Assembly: GCA_965153455.1 (NCBI GenBank) | Contig: OZ234493.1 | Location: forward strand, 2,108,001-2,172,000 | Length of the DNA stretch: 64,000 nucleotides | DNA from: Sphagnum compactum | Taxonomy: Eukaryota | Direction of reading: 5' to 3' | Notes under the pieces: generated by a model | Databases searched by the model: none | What the model was told of the DNA's origin: nothing | The model's input: only the letters and a program-made list of their open reading frames with translations | Part shown: positions 14,011-24,678 of the stretch, piece after piece | Position numbering within the stretch: the first letter of the stretch is position 1 | How the letters are laid out: each line of letters begins with the position of its first letter | Translations under genes and position numbers: made by a program

Positions 14011-15392
14011 TTTTTTTGACACATGTACATTTTTTTCCTATGATTGCATATGTATGTTGTTCATATCCTATTGATTGTAATTTTTTAGCTTACAATATTT
14101 GCATAACACTTTCTAGATGTTGGTCACTTAGCCATTCGTTTTAGTTAATACCCCAAAAAATTGAAAAAAAATTCTTTGAATGCTTACCTACATGTCTATT
14201 TGATGAAAAGACCAACTATATCAAATTTAATGTTATCAACCAAATTGTTGTCAACCTTCATTGTAGTCCAAACCAATACAACACCGTCACTATACAAAAT
14301 TATCACTTCTACACCATTTGAGGGTATCAAAACCTTCCAAGACCACATGAATAGGTATATAGAAAGCTTGCCATAAATCTGGTACCCTAAGTGGCACTTT
14401 GTGATCAAGGACATACATCATAAACGTAATATTTTGGAGATGTTAGTTATTCTTCAACATCACATCGATTTTCAATACCTACTATAGAAACAATCCATTG
14501 AAATGCCAAAAGGTTCCAATTGATCACTGTTGCACTTTCAACTTGCTACTGATTGAAATTTAGCAATTAGGTGTGAATGTCTGATGATTCAAGCTTGATT
14601 AAAGAAGATCAATTTGGTGAAATTGTGCCTTGTTGTAGGTAGATCATTTGAAATTGGTATTCAATTTACTTGAATGTTTTTGTTTTAATCCAAGTTTTGC
14701 ACAAGTGGTAGTAATCTAAGAAGGAAGTTGAGTGGCTTTTGAATTTTAGAAGTTACCTTTTCATTATGGATGAACAATCCTTAGCTGGTAACTTGAAAGT
14801 TTGATTTAAGATGATCACAAACCAAATCTCGACCAGGTGCAAGGTCAGAAAATGGACGATGTCTAACCAAATAAATTTAACAATAAGTGTAGCTCCACCC
14901 ATACTTAGCATTTGGCCTTGCAAAAGTACTTCTCCCCATCTGAGATTTATTTATTTACTGATTCCAAGCCCCACACATAAACATGAACCTAGGACAGTAA
15001 AAGGTCAGAACCTATTAATAACAAACCACTTGGACCAATCAATACATATGACCAATCAAGAGTAGGTGTTTAGACTTTGTTGTAACTTTTGGCAACCTCA
15101 ACATATTGAGCAAAAATGTTGAGCCACAATCATTTTATTGAGCTCGTTACGTAAATTATTATTCATCTTCAATTATGCAGTGTGTAGGTGGAAATGTTCT
15201 AAGCATTTGAAATTTTGATAGTTTGGACGAACTTGTACTATGCTGCATGTTGCATACCACTACTGGAGTTTGTCAATATGGTCCCCATGTTTAGTTGGCT
15301 TTGTCCTCCTCCTTTGCTCTATCCAAGCCAGGGGTGAATCTTTGTCCCGAGGCCTATTTGTGTGAAGACCATCTTTAGATTAATGAAGTCCA

Positions 15393-15664
15393 TTTGTTTT
15401 GCATGATGTGGAGAAGGTCTTTAAGTCATTTCACCATAGTGAGAAATTGGCCATTACAGTTGGGCTCATCAAAATTCAACACACTTCTTGGTGCTCCATT
15501 CCATATGTTCAAAAATTTGTGGGTCTGCCATGACTACCACACTCCCACCAAGTTCATTGAAAAGATAGCTAGGAAAGAAAACATATCATCATTTTGAAGA
15601 TCACAATTGTTCCTGCAAATATTTTTGGTGATACTAGTCCATCTTATGCACAGATTATTGGTGA
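15393..15664 (+). pseudogene. Isolated DYW-domain (PPR RNA-editing deaminase) remnant
   Basis: Across frameshifts it reads 'FVLHDVEKVFKSFHHSEKLAITVGLI..GAPFHMFKNLWVCHDYHTPTKFIEKIARK..HHFEDHNCSCKYFW*' (stop at 15629-15631), followed by a second tail 'LCTDYW*'. HSE is retained and CxxC is broken. Confidence 0.85.
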
Positions 15665-17398
15665 TGGGTGCTCCTATAATCAAAAGTTCCATTTTATGCA
15701 AAATGGAAGGAACTTGTGCAACAGAGTACATGATGCACATTTGCACTAGAGCATTTGATTTTTGTCAAGGTGTACAATAAGATCTAGATACTTAAGTCAT
15801 TAGGATGTCAATGGAGAGAGACTCCCTTCATAAGGTCTGGCAAAGTAATGAGAATAACAATTGGCTATCAACTTGATTCCAAGGTACTGCACACCAAACT
15901 AGAATTCTCAACCCTTTAGTAAACAAACATTTGATAGTGAAACAAACTTATCTTGAAACTTGCAAGATTTGGCATCTTAGATTCAATCAAGTGCAAATCC
16001 AAGAACAAAAATCATATACAAAAATGACAATTAAATCTCCATGATTTAATCACAATTTTTTCTCTAACCAATCGCTAACAAAAATGTTATGTTGAGGCTG
16101 AAGTGGCTGACCCTGTGATGACCAACCCAACTTCATTAAATTCTAAACGATTTCACCAAAAAAAATCTAATTAAACAATAGAACAATGATCTAGTTGTGG
16201 CCAAATCCTTCTCTGCTAAAATTTCACGCAACTCACCAATGCAAAGTGTTTGGAAATTGTGAAGTCAATGGTTTTTGGCTATGAATTTTTTAGTGTAATT
16301 GTGGTGAAACTAATATGGTGAGTAATTGTGCAACCCGTGTGATGAATGCAACCCATGTATCATCACAATTGCTTGTTTATGACAGAGATATGGATACGTA
16401 CTGTGTGACCAAGATTCCCTTTGAACATGATATTTCCAAAATAGACAAATGATGAAATCCGTGTAGCTTTTAAGGTGAAGGTGATGACTTGTGTCTTTTA
16501 GCCACCAATACAAATGCTAAATGTTGTTGGGTTTGATTACCATCATAACATCAACTGGATCAGTCCAAGTTATTGTGTAGTTTTTTGGGTGGTTCGCAAC
16601 ATTCATAACCATTCTTTGAATGACACAAATGCTAGTTAGATTAGCAAGTGTGATGGAACGCATGTTTAAATCCACAACTATTTGTGCAACTCTTGGGCAT
16701 ACGCCACCAGTAAATGCATTAACTTGCCATGCCCTTACACCCTTAAACGCATAAAGAAATCCAATGTAATCCCCACATCCTACTCAGAGAGGTTTAAATA
16801 ACACATGTTAAAAGGAGTCAAGTCAGTATCTATGAAACTCATCAACTTTGTCCATGAAACCAAATATGAACATTGAAGTATTATACAAGTACTCATTTGG
16901 TTTTGTATGCCATTTCCAAACTTTATAGCTTCTGAGAGTCTCATTATGCACGTACCAGCATCAAAGACAATTCCGGTATTAAGGGCATCATTTATGTTGA
17001 GAACTCCACTTCCCATATTAAACGGGGTAGTTGGTTCCAACAATGGAGTGGTGCCGCCAAAAAGTTGTTAGGAAGGAAGGGTTTACCATTACGATCAAAA
17101 ATATTTGTTGTTATCATCATTACAGAAGCCAAGGTAGTTGGACTCCATAATAGGTTAAAGTTTTAAGTAGGGCATCAAGACTTGTCGCACAATGTTTTTT
17201 TTATTGACAAAAAATTGCCAAAAGGCGACAGTACCCAAATTTTCTTACGAAGATTTTTTTTTAAAATTCAATTCACGAAACTGCACCCCTTTTTGAGGAG
17301 TGAGTCGCCACATGTATGCCTACTAGCTACATTTTTAATGTTCCTAGAAAAAAATATCACCAGTTAGGTGAATTATGATTAAATATGTGTGAGGATAT

Positions 17399-18642
17399 TG
17401 TCACATGCATGAAAAACTACAAGAATAAAAATTAAACCGAGGACACAACAAGGAAAACAAATCACAAGAAATGCAAGTCTAAATCTAATCCAAGACTAGA
17501 AACATAAAGACATAAGGCAATAACACGATATATGTTAGAAGATGATTCAATCAAAATTTTAATTTGATAAGTACAAAACAAAGGTTATGACAAGAAAGTA
17601 TACCCAAAATTGGTGTTGAACATATTGAAGGTTGTGGGAGGTCTTACCCCTATTTACATTCCATTGGAGACTTAGTTTACATAGAGGTTTCCATGTGTGC
17701 ATCGACTAAGGTAACTTCTTAAGAAGTTTCCTAACTAATAGTGAATTAAAGTCAACTAAAACTTAACTAAGGGTTTAGTAGAAGCGAAATTTAAATTTTT
17801 GCAAAATATTTCACACTACTATAACAACAATTTTGCATTACACAAACATATGTTCATTATTTATGTATTAAGTTTCAACAAACTTAACATTACAATTCAT
17901 TCCAACATTGGATTCATAATTATTGCATATAACCAGAATCTGCACTTTAAAATACATTGTAAAAACTCCAGAAACAATATTAAAATTCATTTCATCATAA
18001 TCTAACATTACAAAAAATTCACACAAAAGTTAAACATAGAAGTCACTATAGAAGTCTATGCTTCTCTGTATTACTAAAACATCAATCCAAATTACAGCAC
18101 AATCCCATGTTTTGTTGAAAAAAATCCCAAAACAACATTTAAAATCTGCGTTATATCATAACAAAGTTTAAGGTTTTCTACTACAAGTACTTTTAGCTCT
18201 TCCTATGCTTTTATAAAAACTCCCTGTTGCATTTTCTTCTTTCTTCCTTATTCTCCATAACTCTCTCCCCCTTTTAAACCATCCCAAATCACATCATTAT
18301 GATCCAAAACAATAAGAATTCCAAATTCAAACTAACAAAGTTCCCTGATTAATCCCTATCCTAACTGCTTTGTTCATCCCAAATCACATACTCATCCTAC
18401 CTCCTTAATTTAGATTATACCCCATTGGGGACCTAGCTTAGGGAAACCTCCATATCCATAAAGGCTTCCATGTGTACACTGACTAAAGAAACTTCTTAAC
18501 TAATAGTGAACTAGTAAGCTAAACATGCAAATGATGATGTGGGTGACTATGTTGGTGTAAGCGATGATGCAAGCAATGATGCAGGCAATTATGTTGGTGC
18601 AAATGATGATGCAAACGACGGGTGATGGTGGTGTCCGTGACA
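17399..18642 (-). repeat. 3' LTR, containing a ~630-bp secondary insertion at ~17770-18404
   Basis: Plus-strand termini TGTCAC...GTGACA. Colinear with 24087-24678 except for the extra block. Confidence 0.9.
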
Positions 18643-21159
18643 CCATTTCCTCTTCTAGCGACGAGTCCCACAAGGAGTGGCCTTGGGCTTGTTTGGATAC
18701 CTTATGTGAAAGTCTTTCACTTTTTCCATGGCATTTGATAAGTTTTCAATTGGTTCCCACGTACATTCGTTGATGTCATAACCTTGCCAATGAACTAAAT
18801 ATTGTAACTAACGTTGTGATATCCTTGAATTTAAGATTTCTTCAACCTCTTATTCTTGTTCATCATCAACTACAATTGGTGGAGGTGGCCCGTGTGTTCT
18901 CGTTGGAATGGTAGAAGCATGGTCGGGCTCCAACAATGAAACATGAAACATGGGGTGATTCTTCATAAAATCTAGAAGCTTGAGTTGGAATGCCACTATG
19001 TTGATTTGTTTCACGATGGTGAATGGGCCAAGTCTTTGGTAGTCCAATTTTTTCACCAGTTGAGTTGTCTTGATATTTTATTATCAAAGCCAAACTTGAT
19101 CTTCGACCTTGAAATTTGGTTGGTCTTTACAATGTGCGTCAGCATTTTCCTTGTACCGCTTTCAAATTTCTTCAAGGTTGGATACAAGTTGTGCTCAAAA
19201 GTTTACTAACCACATGACTCGATCCTTAGATGCAGGTTCATGACATTGTTGACACCTTGGATGTCAAACCTAAGATGTAAGCCATGATTTACAAAGAACG
19301 GTGTTTGTTGCATTGTTGAATGCATTGTGTTGTTGTAATAAAACTTTGCCACACATAAGATATCAAGTGATAATTAGTCATACATCCTAGATATTGTTCC
19401 AAGACTTGATTGATTTGCTTCATTTGCCCATCTATCTGGGGATGGAAGGTTAATGATAACTTCACCTTCACATTTAGTATTTCGAAGAGTCACTTCCAGA
19501 ACTTGATGCAACTGAGGTCCACGATTAGAAACAATGTCTTCAAAAAGTTCATGATAACGAAAAACATGATCAAGGAATAACTTGGCTATCTTTTTGCTAG
19601 TTATTGATTTATTGCAGGGAATAAAATGGGCCATCTTTGTGAGACAATCCACCACCACCAAAATGGAATCAAATGAGTAAAATCCAGGAAGATCCATGAT
19701 GAAATCCATGGAGATAAAAAACCATGGTGAAGTAGGGACTGGTAATGGCTGAAGAAGTCCATGAGGGCGATGACGAAAATTCCTTGCACATGCATAAACA
19801 TCACATGAGCCCACGAATTCCTTCATGAACTTCCAAAATTGTGGCCACCAATAATCACGAAACATTAACTTCATGATCTTGTTGAATCCAAAATGGCCAA
19901 CAACCAATGTGTCGTGTCTGGCTTGGAGAATTTAAAGTCACATAAGGCCTTCCGGTACATATAACAATCCATCATGATACAGCAGACCATCATGAAATTC
20001 AAATTTGTCAAAATCACTAGGAGGGTTTTTTTTATGACTTTTGACAATAACAACAAGAGAATCATTGACTAGATCTTCATAAATGCGCTAAAGGAAGGTC
20101 TTATCCTCAGGAGTTACCGATAATGCTTGAAACTGAAGGTTTTGGGTTTGAGAATGGTGTCACATTGTTGATCATAAGCAGCATCCCTTTCCTTAAGCGC
20201 AAGGTATGAGCGATGGGATAACACATCTGGTTCCTTTGTTGTCACCCTAGACAATAGGTAATCACAAACCAAAATCGAGAGAAGGATAATGCCCCTCGAG
20301 CTTGATGTTGATTCAATAGACGAATCATCATAAAATATTGAAAATTCTTGTGATTAGAGTACACATCAATTTCATGTTGAGGTCCTTCAAGTAGATGACG
20401 ACACTCCTTAAAGGCATCCACAATGGCCAAGAATTCTTTGTCATGAATCTTGTAGTTAAGATCGACAAGAAAAAACTTACGAGAACGGAAAGCAACTGGA
20501 TGAAGAAAATTAATTTCTCCGGGTTGTGAGAGTATGACACTTAATGCAAAGTCAGATGCATTTGTCTCCAAAACAAAAGGTTTGGAAGGGTCCACAGGAA
20601 TAAAAAATGGGGCAGTCGTGAAAGATGCCTTCAAAGATTGAAAGGCATTTTCAACTTCAACTCCCCAAGGAAAAGATTGATCTTTCCGAGCCACTCGAGT
20701 AAGAAGGGCCACTATTGTGGAATAATGTGTAATGAATCGTTGATAGAAATTGGCGAACCTAAGAATATATTGAACATTTCGAACACAAGTTATGGTAGCC
20801 CAATCCATCATGGTTTGAACTTTATGAGGGTCCATGTGAATGCCATCTCCAGAAATAATATAACCCAGGAATTCCATTCATCACCTTTTCGAATGCACAC
20901 CAAGTTGTATGCTCCACATAGGTCAATCTTGGTCTACATTTGGCATGACTGAGTTGGTCCAACAATCCTAAAATCAAAGGCAAAGGGTACCAATTTTTTA
21001 TGGTGAATCAATTTAGTCCACGATAATTGACACACATGCATAGAGATCCATATTTTTTCTTAACAAATAGGATTGGAGCACCAACTAGAGACTTGTAATG
21101 TTGAATGAACCCTTTTTCAAGATTTTCGTCAATGTATTCTCGAAGTGCCAAAAGTTTGT

Positions 21160-22074
21160 TGACGCACCCCCAAACTCCTCAAGGGACCCAAAGGGTGGGT
21201 CCCATAGCGAAACAATGAAAGAAGAAGAGAGTTGGGGCACGCTCCCTAAATCGTCACACTTCAGAGGTAGGAAGGCATGCTAGAGCTCCAAGATGAGACT
21301 AGGATGAACTCACAAGCAAGAGTTCAAGATGATATCAACTTACACAACCAAGAAAATAGGGTGGTTAGTGTAAGTCGAATGGAAGTGGTGTGGCGGATTT
21401 AATAGGGACAACCTCAAGCATAAGCTTCACACGGCCTACAACCCTTGGGAGGAGGCACCACTCCCCTCCCTATAATATATTTTGTGCCTCTTCATGGGGA
21501 CTACATCCAAATGTCACTTTTTCTTGGGACTCTCAAGTGGGAGTTTCAAAATTGGGACTTTTGTTGTTTCAAAATTCTAGACAATCATATTTTTCTCAAA
21601 TAAAATCTATTTCGAAAGTTAAAGGGAAAATACCTTATAGCCCTTGAAAATATCTTTCCAATGGTGTATAGTAAGCTTCAATCGAACCTCATTTGAACCC
21701 TGATTTCAAGGGATTTGTGGTCGGGAGTCAAATTTTCAATTTGACTCCCGCCCTTTCTTTTGATCATAACTTATGCAAACCAGGTTTAAATTAATAATAC
21801 AAGGGTATTTGAAGCATTTACGCTTCAAGACCTTTCTAATGGTGTCTTAGAGGCCCAATTTGGTGCTTGTTTGCCCTTCCAACCAAGGCTCTGAACATTC
21901 GTAACTCCCTCACGAATGCAACTCCCAAAATGGGAGCGCACTTGGGAGTCATCGGGCTTCATCCCTTGCACTTTCCCTCATTTGTGAGAGTGTGTTTCAC
22001 ACCTAAACACATTCTCGTCCTCATGGGCCCTTGGACTTCATTTTTAGTTGCGAACCCAATGTAGGGTTGCGACA
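21160..22074 (-). mobile_element. Solo LTR of a different family inserted into the host element's RT
   Basis: Termini TGTCGCAACCCT...GGTGCGTCA (TG..CA) and TSD TTTGT/TTTGC. Removing it restores the host RT '[28 protein letters not shown]'. Strand is not certain. Confidence 0.88.
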
Positions 22075-24086
22075 TTTGCCTTACGACAAATTACAGATGG
22101 GTCCAAATGGAGGCTGTGCTCCTTCTTCTAAATTAATTGCACAATCATATGGCTGATGTTCAGGTAATGTGTTTGCATTTTTTTTTCAATTTTTTTTTTG
22201 TAGTCTTGGTACTGAACAAGGATCTCATGTTGTTGCATCCCAGGATCAAGGGCTATAATGGCATATACAAAGAATGCATCTCCTTTCTTTGTTGCTTGTA
22301 TGAATGCTCTTGCTCCCACGAACAAGGGCTTGAAATGTTTGGATCCTTGGTAACCCCCAATATCTCCTTCACGCTTAAGTTTTTACATGCGTTGATTAGT
22401 TTTTATTATGTTTTCACATGCAGAATCTAGTTCAAAGTCCAACGTGCTTGTTGGAAAAACTTCGTATTTTGGTGCAATTTCATTTACTAATTCAAAATGA
22501 AGACTCCTCATCTTCCAATCCACTCAAGGATTATGCAAAATGAGCCATGATAACCCAATGATGATAGGGTTTGTTAGAGATGAGAATACATTAAAGACAA
22601 CTTTGCTACTATGTGACCCAATTGTTATTGTTAATGCCTTGGTCTCATGCGTTATAAGTTCTGAAGAAAGGTTTTGACCATCGATCATTTCGACTGCCAT
22701 TGGTGTCACTTTTCCACTAATGCCAAGTTATGTTGTCATACTAACTCCTTATTGATACAACATGCAGATGCCCCTGAATCAAAAAATGTTTGGGTTTGCA
22801 TAGTCGTGGATTTACCACCTTTGATTGTGATGGGCAACAAGAAACAAGGTGTTGGTTTTAAAGACAAGGTAAGACCGTTTTGAACGCATGATGCATTGAG
22901 GTTTAGTCTCACGATTCTTATTGAAACTGGACATCCTTGTTTCCCTTCTCTTTTGGTCCTTGGGTAATGGTAGAAATTGTGGTGCGTGCTACATGTTGAA
23001 CACCTTTTTTTGGACAAGCACTAGCTATGTGGCCTGGTTCTCCATAGTACAAACCTAGATTATTTCCACATCGATGTTGTTTTTCTTATTTTGTGAGTGG
23101 TTTTAATTGTGTCTTATCAATTTGCATGGCGTCATCATTGGGTGCAGACATCATATGTTTGGGTTGCAACATGGGTGGTGTGAATGGCCTCAATGTTGGT
23201 GATGGTCCCTAACGCTTCTCTTGTTGACATTCAAAAAGTCGATTATCATAACGCATAACTTGCACGATTGCTTGACTCAAGGTTGTGGGATCAAACATGG
23301 TCAATAGAAGGTCCTTCACATCTCCATGGAGCCCAAATTGAAATTGGTTAATGAGCATAACCTTGTCCCGTGAAATGTGACATGCTAGTTGCCTAAATTC
23401 AGAAGTGTACATAAAAGTTGGGCGTGATCCTTGGCGAAGAGCTCACAACTTGCTTGTTGTTGTACATTCTTTGTCCAAATTGCCAAAAGAAGCACCAAAT
23501 TCTTCAAAAAGTGCTTCAAAGTCGTTTAGAAAAGGAGATTGACGTTCCAAAAGAATGCAAACCATGCTAAAGTTGTGTTTAATAATAAGGTGCCAATGAA
23601 TCCAACTTGGGTCTAGTCATTTGGATAACAATGCTAATGAAGTTAGATGATGAGATGTATTTGGTTAATGAAACCTCGAAATTTTGAACGTGTGCCATCA
23701 AACTTTTTTGGTAGGCTGATTTGTGGTTCCTTCAGGATGCTTCCAAATGTTACTAATGCTTGATTTCCTTATAAGCTTGCAATGGACTTACGAAAAAACA
23801 AATTTTCCTATTACATATGCCTAAAGGCAACAAGATTTTCTTCCATGGACGAAACTATTTCTTCTCTTGAAACGGACATGGCCAAAGTAATATGTAAATC
23901 AAAAACTTCGACAAGAGGTGGGTGATCCACAATTTCAACATGTTCAAAAGGTGGGTAATCCACAACCTCTTGAAAACTCTTGCAAATGAAATAGAAGGGT
24001 ACTCCACATTTAACTTCCACAAAAAATAAAAAACAACTATAATGGCAACAAGAATCGATGCAGGCCTAATGGGAGTTTATTCAAAC

Positions 24087-24678
24087 TATCATGAACACGA
24101 AAAACTACAAGAACAAAAACTAAACCAAGGACACAACAAGGAAAAAAAATCAATAAAAATGCAAGCCTAAGTCTAATTTAAGACTGGAAACATAAAGACG
24201 CAAGGCAAAAACATGATATATGTTAAAATATGAATAAATCAAAACTTTATTTTGATAACATATGAAGACAAAGGTTATGACAAGAAAGTGTACCCAAAAC
24301 TAGTGTTGAATAGATTGAAGGTAATGGGAGGTCTTACCCCTATTTATACCCCATTGGGGATTTAACTCAAGGAAGCTTACATAAAGGCTTCCATGTCTCC
24401 ATCAAGCAAGGTAGCTTCTTAAGAAATTAAAAAACTTCCTAACTAATGGTGAACTAAAAATCAACTAAAAATTAATTAAAACTTAATTCAGATTATACCC
24501 TATTGGAGACCTAGCTTCCTAACTAGTAGTGAACTAGGAGTTAACTGAGAGTTAATGATGATGCAAACGATGATGTAGGTGAATATGTTGGTGTAAATGA
24601 TGATGCAAACAATGATATAGGCGATTATGTTGGTGTAAGTGATGATGCAAGTGATGGGTGATGATGGTGTTTATGATA
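24087..24678 (-). repeat. 5' LTR
   Basis: Matches 17399-17770 plus 18405-18642 ('gaaaaactacaagaa.aaaaa.taaacc.aggacacaacaagg', the gatgatgca repeats). Termini have decayed to TATCAT...ATGATA. Confidence 0.9.

Larger units (their letters stand above)
17399..24678 (-). mobile_element. Full-length degenerate Ty3/gypsy chromovirus (Tcn1-like) LTR retrotransposon
   Basis: LTRs at 24087-24678 and 17399-18642; TSD GATAT at 17394-17398 and 24679-24683; PPT next to 18643. Minus-strand gag ('QFQFGLHGDVKDLL', zinc knuckle), protease ('FFDSGASACCI'), RT ('[13 protein letters not shown]', 'EFLGYIIS'), RNase H ('LETNASDFAL', 'NYKIHDKEFLAIV'), integrase ('GHFGFNK..YWWP', 'ISMDFI') and chromodomain ('QYLVHWQGY...TWEP'). 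Many stops and frameshifts. Confidence 0.95.
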
